From: Candidatus Binatia bacterium
GTDB lineage: Bacteria; Desulfobacterota; Binatia; UTPRO1
Assembly: GCA_036496285.1 (NCBI GenBank)
Contig: DASXLI010000024.1
Location: forward strand, 37,125 to 101,124
Reading direction: 5' to 3'
Length of the DNA: 64,000 bases
How positions within the stretch are numbered: the stretch's first letter is position 1; each line of letters opens with the position of its first letter. The notes beneath the pieces are model-generated. The model was given only the letters and a program-made list of their open reading frames with translations, was not told the DNA's origin and did not search any database. Both the position numbers and the translations under genes were made by a program. Positions 17,634 through 27,495 of the stretch are shown one piece after another.

Positions 17634-20492
17634 TCACGAGCAACTGAGGCGCTGGGCGCTCCCCCGACAGCGCGGCCGCGCCGCGCTCGACGCGCCCCAG
17701 TGGGCCGTGGCGCACTCGTCCACCGCGCCGAAGCGGATCGCCAGATCGACCGGTCCCGCGACCGGAAGCAGCGGGGCGCCGGCGAAGCGCAGATCGAACG
17801 TCAGCCGTCCGGCAACCTGCGACGACTGATCGACGATCGTGAGCCGTCGCAACCCGCCGAGCGCGGCGCTCGGGTCGTCGAAGCGCCAGCGTTTGCCCGA
17901 GACGTTCGTCGTCCACCCGGCGCCGCCCGGCACCGTGACGTCGAGGACCCCGTCGATGACGATGCGGATGCCGTTGCCCGGCGGATCGACGCCGATCCAG
18001 GGCCGCGGGATGAGCGCCCGCCCGACGACATGCATGCTGCCGCCCGCACCGACCCGTAGGCGCGCGCGCTCGATCGAGAAGCCGCTCGCGCACGTACCGC
18101 CGTCGCCCGGCGTGGCGCTCGCGCTCGGCACGGGCGCGGTCGGCGTGGCACCGCCGGCTGGCGAGGTGGGCGTGGCCGTCCGCGTGGCCGCCGGGGTCGG
18201 CGTTCGCGTCGCCATGGGCGTGACGGTGCGCGTGGCGACCGGCGTCGGGGTCTTCGTCGCGACCGGGGTGGCGGTGCGTGTCGCGACGGGGGTCGCGGTG
18301 CGGGTCGCACCGGCCCCGGGCGTCGCCGTCGGAGCGCCGCTCTGCTGCTGCTTCCACTGCGCCAGGAGGCCGTGCAGCGCCTCCGGCTCGTTGGTCGGCG
18401 GCGGGGCACCGGTCTGGCTGAGCGTGTTGATGCCGTGGCAGCTCGCGCAGACGCGGATCTCCCCCGCCTGCATGCTGAGCCAATTGCGCTCGCGGACGAC
18501 CGGCCCGCCCGCGGCGTCGGTGAGCTGCCACGACAGCGCGCGGCGCGCCGGCACGAGCGCCGCGAACGAGCCGTCCGACGCGATCGTCACCGCACCGAGG
18601 GGGCCGCCTGCCGCATGCGAGACGTTCGGCTCGTGCATCGGCCGCGCGAGCAGGCGGCGGCCGGGCTGCGGGCTCACCGGGTTGCCGTAGCCGCGTACGG
18701 CGTCGCCCTGGAAGATCTGCAGATACGAGACGTCATAGGCGGTGCCGCCCGTCGCGATCGACGCGACCCCCCCCGGCACACGCAGATTGAAGGGCTGCGA
18801 GCGATCGGCACGGTCGCGCTGCGTGACGTTGCGGCTCACGATCAGCGCGAGGCCGTTGTTGCGGAGATAGTCCTGGAACGCCGCGACGTCGACGGCCTCC
18901 TGCGCGAAGACTGACGCCTCGATCGACGGCAGGGACTCCTGGCGCGGCGCCGGCACGGAACGGGCGACGACCTCGACCGGGTCGAGCTCCCAGAGCATGC
19001 CGTTGTACGAGGCGAGCGTGTCGGGCGTCCACCAGCTGACGCTCTTCTGGATGCCGGCCGTGAGGCTCGCGAGCGGCGCGTAGAAGGCACCCTGCTTGCT
19101 GAGGATCTTCAGGCGGTACTGATACGACCAGTTCGGCGCGGCGGTGCTGCCGACGTTCTGCAGCTGCCCGGTCGCTGTCGTGTGCGCGGCCAGCAGGGTG
19201 CCGTCCGTCATCGGCAGCGGGTTGCGGAAGTAGCCGGTCTGCTGCGGCACCTGCGCGTCGTTGCCGGTCGGCGTGACCGCGGTGAGCGTCATGTCCTCGG
19301 CGTTGATCGACGGCGCGCCCGTGAGGCGCATCAAGGTGCCGCCGGCGCCGGTGCCGAACTCGGGCGCGTCGGTCGCGAGGAAGTCGCCCGGCACCCGCGG
19401 GTCCTCCCGCAGCTGCAGGAGGCCGCCGTCGCCGCGGATGTCGAGCTGGTTCGCGTGCAGGCTCGGGTCGACGTAGTAGGTCAGGTTCGGGTCGGCGACG
19501 AAGCTGCCGTCGGTGTAGGAGCCGCCGAGCTCGTGCCGCCCGACGTGGTTCAGGGTCTCCTCGGCGGTACCGTCCTCGTTCAGCTCCCACGGGAAGAAGT
19601 GATTGAAGGTATGCAGCGAGACCGCGGGCGAGTACGCGGGATCCCCCTGCGAGCGCGGCTCGGGAAAGATCTCGGCGCCGGCGAGCGTCGTCGTCGTCGC
19701 GGCGTTGGCCGCCTCGCTCGCCCACGTGAAGGACTGGTAGTTGGCGACGACATCCGGCGCGTCGCCCTGCTGGTCGCGCTGCAGATGGTCCCACTTGGTG
19801 AAGACGACGCGGCCGAAGGAGTCGATCGACGGCGTGAAGCTGCCACTCGGCGAGTGCTCGAGCAGCTCGAGGTCGCCCGTCGCCTCGTCGAGCGCGTAGA
19901 TCCCGGCGACCGTGTAGGCGGACTCGTACTCGTCGCGCTGCGGGTAGAGCTGCGGAGCGCCGCTCGGCGGCCGGTCGGACGTGAAGAGGATGCGCCCGTC
20001 GGTCGCGTAGATCGGCGAGACGTTGTTGAAGCTCGCCGGCTGGTTGGCGATCCGACGGATCGTCGCAGTCGCGCCCTGCGCGAGGCCGGTCACCTCGTAG
20101 ATCTGCCAGTGGTACGTGGCAACCTGGTACTGCTGCGTCGGAGCGCCTACGACCATCGCGAAGAGCGCCTTCGTGCCGCTCCAGTGCACGCACGGCTCGC
20201 GCACCGCGATCGCGTTCGCGCCCTGCATGCCGGCGTTGCCGAATCCCCCCTCCTGCGTGAGGAAGCGGAGCGACCCGTCGGGATAGCGAATCACGAGATC
20301 GCCACCGCGCGGCGCGGACTCCATCGTCGCGAGGTGATTGCCGAACGTGCTCGTCAGCGCACCGAACCCGCCGACCGGCATCTGGGTGACGAAGAGTACA
20401 GGGTTGGACGGCGCGACCTGCGCCGGTGCCGTGCACGGGTGCGCGACCACCACGGCTGCCACAAAGCATAGTACCAGGGTCCGGCGTCGCAT
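17634..20492 (-). CDS. Large secreted protein (~953 aa): beta-propeller-like N-terminal region, a single CxxCH heme c motif, a Thr/Pro/Ala linker and a C-terminal beta-rich domain
   Basis: The true start MRRRTLVLCFVAAVVVAHPCTAPAQVA at 20492 (GAGGAG RBS) is followed by a signal peptide. RVCASCHGIN is at about residue 770. The linker is ...TATPVATRTATPVATKTPTPVATRTVTPMATRTPTPAATRT... The track ORF is over-extended at its 5' end. Confidence 0.7.
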   Translation of the reverse strand: MRRRTLVLCFVAAVVVAHPCTAPAQVAPSNPVLFVTQMPVGGFGALTSTFGNHLATMESAPRGGDLVIRYPDGSLRFLTQEGGFGNAGMQGANAIAVREPCVHWSGTKALFAMVVGAPTQQYQVATYHWQIYEVTGLAQGATATIRRIANQPASFNNVSPIYATDGRILFTSDRPPSGAPQLYPQRDEYESAYTVAGIYALDEATGDLELLEHSPSGSFTPSIDSFGRVVFTKWDHLQRDQQGDAPDVVANYQSFTWASEAANAATTTTLAGAEIFPEPRSQGDPAYSPAVSLHTFNHFFPWELNEDGTAEETLNHVGRHELGGSYTDGSFVADPNLTYYVDPSLHANQLDIRGDGGLLQLREDPRVPGDFLATDAPEFGTGAGGTLMRLTGAPSINAEDMTLTAVTPTGNDAQVPQQTGYFRNPLPMTDGTLLAAHTTATGQLQNVGSTAAPNWSYQYRLKILSKQGAFYAPLASLTAGIQKSVSWWTPDTLASYNGMLWELDPVEVVARSVPAPRQESLPSIEASVFAQEAVDVAAFQDYLRNNGLALIVSRNVTQRDRADRSQPFNLRVPGGVASIATGGTAYDVSYLQIFQGDAVRGYGNPVSPQPGRRLLARPMHEPNVSHAAGGPLGAVTIASDGSFAALVPARRALSWQLTDAAGGPVVRERNWLSMQAGEIRVCASCHGINTLSQTGAPPPTNEPEALHGLLAQWKQQQSGAPTATPGAGATRTATPVATRTATPVATKTPTPVATRTVTPMATRTPTPAATRTATPTSPAGGATPTAPVPSASATPGDGGTCASGFSIERARLRVGAGGSMHVVGRALIPRPWIGVDPPGNGIRIVIDGVLDVTVPGGAGWTTNVSGKRWRFDDPSAALGGLRRLTIVDQSSQVAGRLTFDLRFAGAPLLPVAGPVDLAIRFGAVDECATAHWGASSAARPRCRGSAQRLSCS
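18130..18340. repeat. Short tandem-repetitive DNA encoding the TATPVATR linker of the upstream large protein
   Basis: There are repeated gtcgcgac/ggggtcg/gcggtgcg units. On the opposite strand they appear as GVAVRVATGV repeats. Confidence 0.6.
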
Positions 20493-20680
20493 CGCGTCTC
20501 TCCTCGCGCGTTTCCGCGGAATCTGCCGGCAGAGCGCAAAGGCTTGCGCGCCGGCCGCGCAGGAAAAGTGCAAAGAGCGTTCCGGAGCGGCTGCTGGCGC
20601 GCGAATGCTCACACGCCGTGTCGAGTAGTTGTCCACGACGCGCCACTCGACTAAGCGTCGCGCTGAAGGAGGTTCGCGCG

Positions 20681-21586
20681 ATGAATTCTCGATGGCCGAT
20701 CGCTGTCGTCGCCATGATCCTTCTCGCGGTCGCCTCGCCGGCGAGCTCCCAGCAGACGACGGAGACGAGCGAGACGACGGACGTCTCACACTCCACCGCC
20801 CAGCACCTCGAAGCCTTCCTGACGCGATGGGAGATCAGCCTCGGCGGCCAGATCGGCGCGCCGAAGGGATTCGTCAAGGTCGGCGAGTTCGACCGCTCCG
20901 GCGACAAGCTTCGCCTCAACAACGACCTCAAGATCGACACGTTCGAGGTCGCGAGCCTCGGTGCCGGCTTCCACATCACCGACCGCGACGTCATCCGCGC
21001 CCGCTTCGACTACACCTTCCTCTACGGCACGACGACCCGCGGCGACGAGACGGCGTTCAACGGTGCGCTGCTGGCGGCCGGCGAGGCCATCCGCACCCGG
21101 CCGGTCTTCACCCGCATCACCGGCCTCTACGAGCACGAGTTCATCCACGAGCCGAGCGGCGCACTCCTTGCCGCCGGCGGTGGCGTCACGTTCGTCTACC
21201 TGCACTTCAAGCTGCATGGGACGCTCGCGCCCGACACCGTGGGCCACGAGACCCAGGAGGACTTCTACGCGCAGGAGCTGCCGGTCTGGTTGCTGGCGTT
21301 GCACGGCGAGTATCCGATCAGCGAGCGCGTCCACCTGCTCGGCGCCGTCGACGGCGGCTTCCTGCCGAAGGTCGACAGCCTGCGGTCCGAAGGCGGCACG
21401 GTGAAGCTCTCGCAGGGCCACGCCGACGTCTTCGCCGGCGTGCGCGTCGCCGTCACCCCCCAGATCTTCGCCGATGCCGGCTATACCTACACGTACTTCT
21501 CGCAGCATGAGACGAGCCACGAGGACGACAACAAGTTCCTCTTCCTCGGCCACGCCTTCGGCTTCGGCATGACCTACCGCTTCTGA
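20681..21586 (+). CDS. Outer-membrane beta-barrel protein (301 aa) of unknown family
   Basis: An RBS (GAAGGAGG) lies 7 nt before the ATG. It has a signal peptide (MNSRWPIAVVAMILLAVASPASSQQ), alternating amphipathic strands, and a C-terminal ...FGFGMTYRF ending in Phe. Confidence 0.7.
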   Translation: MNSRWPIAVVAMILLAVASPASSQQTTETSETTDVSHSTAQHLEAFLTRWEISLGGQIGAPKGFVKVGEFDRSGDKLRLNNDLKIDTFEVASLGAGFHITDRDVIRARFDYTFLYGTTTRGDETAFNGALLAAGEAIRTRPVFTRITGLYEHEFIHEPSGALLAAGGGVTFVYLHFKLHGTLAPDTVGHETQEDFYAQELPVWLLALHGEYPISERVHLLGAVDGGFLPKVDSLRSEGGTVKLSQGHADVFAGVRVAVTPQIFADAGYTYTYFSQHETSHEDDNKFLFLGHAFGFGMTYRF

Positions 21587-21867
21587 GCCCCTTCCCCGCC
21601 TCGCCGATCGGTCGGCATGGCGCACATACCGGGAGGCGTGCCGCGCCGCGCCAACATTTTCTGGGGTGCTTTCGAGAAGACAGGACGTACTTGCCTACGA
21701 AAGGGCACACTCCTACACAATCATACCAGTCAGCGTTTCCCGTACCGGAAAGCGTGCGAACCACGTAATGACTTGCTGGCACGACAGAGGAACGGAAGAG
21801 CGCCCGTCAACCCCTTTCCTCGGGCGAGAATCAACGCACCGCAGTCAACCACTGGAGGAAGGGTCAT

Positions 21868-24800
21868 GGCATCCAGCTCGAAGCGCGCCGTCGTCGGCGC
21901 CGCCGCGCTCACCGCATTTCTGACGTTCGCAACGATCGCGCTCGCCGCAGCGCCCAACAGGTGCCTGAGCGGCCAGACACGCTGCGCGAGCCAGAAGGCG
22001 CAGGGTCTGCTGCAGTGCCACATCACGGCGGAGAGGGACGGCACTGCCGTCGATCCCGCGTGCACCGGGCGCGTGATGACGCGCTTCAGCGGCACTGCCG
22101 ACCAGCCGAGCTGCTTCGAGATGATCGGGGCGGGAGAAGATCGCAATTCCCAGGCGATCTGCGCCACGCACGACGACACGAACGCGATCGAGCAGAAGGT
22201 CGACGCGTTCGTGGAGGACGTCGTGTCGGGTATCGATCCCGACTTCCAACATGCTTCCCCGCCGAACTCGTGCACCTCGGGCAAGAAGAAGTGCGTCGCG
22301 GACAAGCTGAAGGACATCCTGCGATGCCACGAGCAGGCGATCCGAAGCGGCCACCACGTCGATCGTGACTGCGTCGCGAGGGCCCGCGCGAAGTTCGACG
22401 GCAACCGAGGCTGCTTCGCCAGGCTCGAGGCGAGGGAGAACCCGAGTAGCCCCTCGACCATCTGCAAGAGTCACGGTGACACCGCGGCCGTCGAGCAGAA
22501 GGTCGATGCCTTCATCACCGACCTGCTCTGCGAGCTCGGGTCGCCGACGGTGACGTGCGGAACGCCGACGCCGCCGCCCGTCCCGACGCGAACCAAGACA
22601 CCGACGCCGACCCGCACGCCGACGCCGACACGGACCGCGACGCCGGCAGCCACCGCGACCCCCACGCGAACCGCCACCGCCGCGCTGACCGCCACCAGGA
22701 CCGCAACTCCCGCGCCGACCGCGACGCCGACGAGGACCGCGACACCCGCGGCCACCGCGACGCCGACCAGGACAGCGACGCCGGTGAGCACCGCCACCTC
22801 GACGGCAACGACGGTGCCCACGACGACGGCGACGAGAACCGCCACGCCGCTACCGACCGCCACGCCGACGGTCACTTCCACGCCCGCGCAGACGGCAACC
22901 AGGACGGCGACGCCGGCGAGTACCGCGACCTCCACCGCGACCGCGACCGCGGTGCCCACGACGACCGCCACCGCGACGGCGACGGCGACCGCAACCACGG
23001 CCGCCACGGCAACCGCGACCAGAACCGCCACCCCGCTGCCGACCGCGACGCCGACGGTCACCTCGACACCCGCGCAAACAGCGACGAGAACGGCGACGCC
23101 GGCGACCACCGCCACGTCCACAGCGACGGCGACAGCAGCCGCAACGGCAACCGCAACGAGAACCGCCACCCCGCTGCCGACCGCGACACCGACCGTCACC
23201 GCGACGCCCGCGCTGACGGCGACTGCGACGAGAACCGCGACACCGACCGTCACCGCGACACCCGCACTGACGGCGACTGCGACGCGGACCGCCACGCCGA
23301 CCGTCACCTCGACACCGACTGTCACGGCCACCGCCGTGTTGACGGCGACCGCCACCCGGACCGCCACGCCGACCGTCACCGCAACGCCAGTGCTGACGGC
23401 GACGGCCACGAGAACGGCGACTCCGACGGTCACTGCAACGCCCGTCCTGACCGCGACGGCGACGGTGACCGCGTCGCCGACCCGCACCGCCACGCCCACG
23501 GTCACCGCGACGCCGGTGCTCACGGCCACCGCAACACGCACCGCGACGCCGACCGCCACCCTCACGCGCACCGCGACTCCGACGCCGACCGCCACCTCGA
23601 CGCCGGTCTCGCTCTGCGGCAATGGCGTCCTCGATGCGGGCGAGGACTGCGATGCCAGCGCCGGCGCCAGCGGCACGTGCGCTGCGCACTCGAACACGGA
23701 CCCCGCGTTCACCTGCACCGCTACGTGTCAGTGCGCCTGCCCGACGTTCGTCGAGTTCACTGGCATCCCGCGCTCCGCATGCGATGTCGGCACCAACGAA
23801 GGCCGCCTGTGCACCACGAACGCCGATTGCCCCGGCGGTAGCTGCGTGCCGCATCTCGAGGGCGCGCTCGATACCGGCTGGACCGGCAACGGCCACGACT
23901 CGACGATCGTGAGCGACGGCAAGATCACGGTCGGCGTATCGGGTTGCGCCGGCTCGAGCCGTCCGTGCGGAACTTGCTCGCTGGTCGGTCCGGTCGACAA
24001 CCTGAACGCGGCGACGTACCCGAGCGCGGTAGGCCCGAGCAAGGACCTGAACGATCACCGCTGCAGCAACAACACGTCGGTCCCGTGCAGCAACAACACG
24101 CCGTGCTTCCAGCAGTGCCTCGGTGGTACCAACGACGGCAATGCCTGCACGGCCGCATCGGCCTGCCCCGGTGGTGTCTGCCCCGCGGCGGGCACGTGCG
24201 AATACGCGTTCGGCACCTACCTGCCGCTCGCGGCCGGCGGCGTGTCGACCTGCGTCGGCAACCAGATCAACGGCAACATCACCGGCACGGCCAACATCGA
24301 GAGCGGCGCGTCGGCGACCACTGCCAAGCTGACGTCGCGCGTGTACAACGGCATCACGCTTTCGAACCCGTGTCCGCAGTGCAACGGCGACACCAATACC
24401 AACGACGGCGCCCGCGGCGGCACCTGCTCGGGCGGCCAGCGCGCAGGCAAGGCCTGCGACGTCAATGGCTCATCGCCGAACGCCTCCTTCGGGAAGACGA
24501 GCCTCGATTGCCCGCCGCTCACCGGCGCGCTCATCGCGACGCTCGGGATCGACCTGAGTAACACGACGGGCTCCAAGGTGCGGACGCTCTCCACGGCCAA
24601 CCCGCTCTGCCGCGCCCCAGGGTGGACCACGCAGCGCTGCCAGTGCGATACGTGCGCTGACCTCGCCGCCGAGGCCTGTTCGACGAATGCCGATTGCCCC
24701 GCAGGCCACCCCTGCGGCGTCAAGCGCTGCACCGGCGGTACCAACGGCGGCGCGCCGTGCACCTTGGCGAGCGAGTGCCCGGGCAGTGCATGCAGCACGC

Positions 24801-25204
24801 CGGGTGTTCAGACGGCGGGCAATCAGTGCGACGGCGCGTCGGGCGATTGCGTTGCTGATGCCGGGACGCCGAGCCCCAATGACCGCATCTGCTCCTCCGG
24901 TCCGCTCGAGAGCTTCTGCGGCCCGGTCGAGACGTTCCGTGGTTGTACGGGCGACAGCGACTGCACGTTCGCGGGCGACACCTGCAGTGTGACGCGCTTC
25001 CGCGATTGCTTCGACAACGGCATCCCCGGCGAGCTGATCACCGCGACCGGCTTGCAGAGCGCGCCGGTGAACGACCAGTCCGATCCGACGCTCGCCGCGC
25101 TCTTCTGCGTCGGGCCGACGAGCTCCGGGTCGATCAACTCGGCCGCGGGTCTCCCAGGTCCGGGACGCCTCGAGCTACCGGGTCACGCCCACGGGCTGCC
25201 GTAA
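21868..25204 (+). CDS. Giant secreted Cys-rich repeat protein (~1112 aa): duplicated N-terminal Cys module, ~350-aa Thr/Ala/Pro low-complexity region, and a C-terminal region with Myxococcus-type cysteine-rich repeats
   Basis: An RBS (GGAGGAAGGG) precedes the signal peptide. Two homologous ~110-aa modules are present ([20 protein letters not shown]... and [20 protein letters not shown]...). [14 protein letters not shown] and many CPGG/CxxC motifs follow after residue ~590. Confidence 0.8.
22560..23615. repeat. About 1 kb of imperfect tandem repeats (ACC/ACG/GCC/GCG/CCG codons) encoding (T/A)(A/T)TP(T/V)... low-complexity sequence
   Basis: The repeated units gcgacgccgaccgtcacc, cgcaccgccacgcc and acggcgacg recur dozens of times. 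The region is in frame within the giant CDS and has no spacer-and-repeat architecture. Confidence 0.85.
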
Positions 25205-25225
25205 CCACTGAAACCCGAACCCGAA

Positions 25226-25255
25226 GAGGAGCGGACCGCGAACGGTCCGCTCCTC
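25226..25255. terminator. Bidirectional Rho-independent terminator hairpin between convergent genes
   Basis: GAGGAGCGGACCG-cgaa-CGGTCCGCTCCTC forms a perfect 13-bp stem with a tetraloop. T-rich or pyrimidine tracts flank it on both strands. It lies between the giant CDS stop (25204) and the glpX stop (25273). Confidence 0.7.
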
Positions 25256-25272
25256 TCGTTCGCAGACGCGGA

Positions 25273-26250
25273 TCAGAACTCGACGACGACGTCCGGCGTG
25301 CCGTCGAGGCGCACGCTGTCGACGAAGCGAATCATGTGGTCGTTCAGCGACATGAGGAGCGAGCTCGTCCGGCAGCCGTGGCCGAAGTAGCGCACGCCGC
25401 GCATGAAGCTCCCGTCGGTGACGCCGGTCGCCGCGAACATGATCTCGGGACCGGGCGCGAGGTCGCGCTCGGTGAAGATGCGCTTGGGGTCGGTGATCCC
25501 CATCTCCTTCATGCGCTCCTCCTGCCCGTCCTTCGTGGGCACGAGACGGCCCTGCATGCCGCCGTTCAAGCAGCGGATCGCCGCCGCGGCGAGCACGCCC
25601 TCGGGCGCGCCGCCGATGCCCATCACGGCGTGGACGTTGGTGCGGCGCACCGCGGCGGCGATGCCGGCCGACAGGTCGCCGTCGGAGATGAGACGGATGC
25701 GCGCGCCCGCGGTCCGGATGTCCTCGATGAGCTTTTCGTGGCGCGGGCGATCGAGGACGATCACGACGAGATCCTTGACGCCGCGGTTCAGACGCTTCGC
25801 GATCGCCGTGAGGTTCTCCTTGGGCGTGGCGTCGAGGTGCACGACGCCCTTCGCCGACGGCCCGACGATGATCTTCTCCATGTAGCAGTCGGGCGCATGC
25901 AGCAGGCCGCCCTTGTTGGAGGCCGCCAGCACCGCGATCGAGTTGGGCTCGCCGGTGGCGCAGAGGTTGGTGCCCTCGAGCGGATCGACGGCGATGTCGA
26001 CCTCGGGATCCTCGGCGTGCTGGCGCCCGACCTTCTCGCCGATGAAGAGCATCGGCGCCTCGTCGCGCTCGCCCTCGCCGATCACGACGGTGCCGCGCAT
26101 CGGCAGCGTATCCATCGACTTCCGCATCGCCTCGACGGCGCAGTGGTCGGCGTACTTGCGGTCGCCCTGGCCCATCGTGCGCGACGCGGAGATCGCCGCC
26201 TCCTCGACGACGCGCAAGAACTCGCGCGACAGATCCTGCTCGATGCCCAT
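25273..26250 (-). CDS. glpX: Fructose-1,6-bisphosphatase class II (GlpX)
   Basis: It begins [24 protein letters not shown] and contains ...DPLEGT... Its length is GlpX-like, and a GAGGAGG RBS is present. The upstream part of the track ORF is junk. Confidence 0.85.
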   Translation of the reverse strand: MGIEQDLSREFLRVVEEAAISASRTMGQGDRKYADHCAVEAMRKSMDTLPMRGTVVIGEGERDEAPMLFIGEKVGRQHAEDPEVDIAVDPLEGTNLCATGEPNSIAVLAASNKGGLLHAPDCYMEKIIVGPSAKGVVHLDATPKENLTAIAKRLNRGVKDLVVIVLDRPRHEKLIEDIRTAGARIRLISDGDLSAGIAAAVRRTNVHAVMGIGGAPEGVLAAAAIRCLNGGMQGRLVPTKDGQEERMKEMGITDPKRIFTERDLAPGPEIMFAATGVTDGSFMRGVRYFGHGCRTSSLLMSLNDHMIRFVDSVRLDGTPDVVVEF

Positions 26251-26397
26251 GCTCGACTCCTCCTCGGAACGACGATTCGACGTGGATAGGCGCGGTGCGC
26301 GGCGCCCGCCGGCGCGCCGGCTGCGGCGCGCAGTCTGACACAAAACCCGGCGGCAGCGGAAGCGGCAAACGCCGCCGGGCCGCGCCGCCGCGATCGC

Positions 26398-27210
26398 TCA
26401 GCGGCCGCGGAAGCGCGGCGGCCGCTTCTCGAAGAACGCGCTCACGGCCTCGCCGAGATCCTCGCTCGCGACGAACGCCGCGTTCCAGGCCGCCACGTAG
26501 GCGAGCCCGTCCTCGACACTCTTGCCGGCGCAGTACTCGAGCACGTGCTTCGTGCCGGCGACCGCAAGCGGTGAGTTCGCGGCCATGCGCGCCGCCATGG
26601 CGAGCGCCGCATCGACGACCGCTTGCTGATCGGCGTGGATGCTGTTCACGAGGCCGATCGCGCGGGCGCGTTCGGCGTCGAAGTCGTCGCCGGTGAACGC
26701 GAGCTCGGCGACCTGCCCTTTGCCGATGATGCCCGGCAGGCGCTGCAAGGTGCCGACGTCGGCGACCATGGCCATGCGCGTCTCGCGGATGCTGAAGGTC
26801 GCGGCGGCGGCCGCGAGCCGCACGTCGCAGGCGGTGATCAGATCTATGCCACCCCCCAGGCAGTAGCCGTGGATCGCCGCGATGACCGGCTTCGCGCAGC
26901 GCGCGACCGCGGTGATCGATCCCTGCAGACGGGCGATCGTGTCGAGGAGGCGCCGCCGTCCTGCTACACCCCCGCCGCCCTCGGCGATGCCACCACCCAT
27001 CGACTTGAGGTCGAGGCCGACGGTGAAGTGCGGGCCGCGCGCGGCGAGGACGACGGCGCGCACCGCATCGTCGGCCTGCAGCTCGGCGATCGCCCGCGGC
27101 AGCTCGTCCCAGAATGCCGGGCCCATGGCGTTCCGCCGTTCGGGGCTCGCCATCCAGAGGGTTCCGACGTGCTCGTGCCGATCGATCGCGAAGACTTCGT
27201 AGGCGGCCAT
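26398..27210 (-). CDS. Enoyl-CoA hydratase/isomerase (crotonase) family protein
   Basis: It begins MAAYEVFAIDRHEHVGTLWMASPERRNAM and has an oxyanion-hole region (GYCLGGGIDLITACD). Confidence 0.8.
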   Translation of the reverse strand: MAAYEVFAIDRHEHVGTLWMASPERRNAMGPAFWDELPRAIAELQADDAVRAVVLAARGPHFTVGLDLKSMGGGIAEGGGGVAGRRRLLDTIARLQGSITAVARCAKPVIAAIHGYCLGGGIDLITACDVRLAAAAATFSIRETRMAMVADVGTLQRLPGIIGKGQVAELAFTGDDFDAERARAIGLVNSIHADQQAVVDAALAMAARMAANSPLAVAGTKHVLEYCAGKSVEDGLAYVAAWNAAFVASEDLGEAVSAFFEKRPPRFRGR

Positions 27211-27297
27211 GGCGCCGCCATATGCCAGCCCCGCCGCCCCGGCAAGCGCGGCGGCCGCAGGTTGGACAGGCGCCACCCGCCCCGCTAGGAACGGGGC

Positions 27298-27495
27298 GTG
27301 TCGGTCAACACGGCGCACAAGATCCTGATCGCCACCGCCATCGGCTTCTTCCTCATGTACGCCCTCTGGGAGCTGGCCGACTACACCCAGTCCGGCGAGG
27401 CGACCGCGCTCGTCTGGAGCCTCGCGGCCGGCACCGGTGCGATCGGGCTCGGCCTCTACCTGCGGCGCTTCATCCGCTCGCTCGGAACTCCGTGA
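27298..27495 (+). CDS. Small 2-TM membrane protein (65 aa), hypothetical
   Basis: It has a GTG start with an AGGAA upstream and two hydrophobic helices. Its TGA stop overlaps the GTG start of the next gene (GTGA). Confidence 0.4.
   Translation: MSVNTAHKILIATAIGFFLMYALWELADYTQSGEATALVWSLAAGTGAIGLGLYLRRFIRSLGTP

Noticed and set aside
18733-20994. A 753-aa ORF on the minus strand overlapping the large secreted protein gene in another frame
   Set aside because: It is Arg/Pro/Gly-rich low-complexity sequence with no domain signatures. It is a typical alternative-frame artefact of a ~70% GC genome. The real gene is the 17634..20492 frame, which has a signal peptide and an RBS.
22560-23615. Possible CRISPR array suggested by the highly regular short repeats
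   Set aside because: The repeats are contiguous and in frame, with no unique spacers. They encode continuous Thr/Ala/Pro sequence inside a CDS. No cas genes are present.
22471-23718. A 415-aa ([11 protein letters not shown])n ORF antisense to the Thr/Ala/Pro repeat region, and the Arg/Gly-rich ORF 22850..24058
   Set aside because: Both are the reverse-complement reading of the in-frame TATP tandem repeats of the giant plus-strand CDS. They have no start context and are pure repeat echo.
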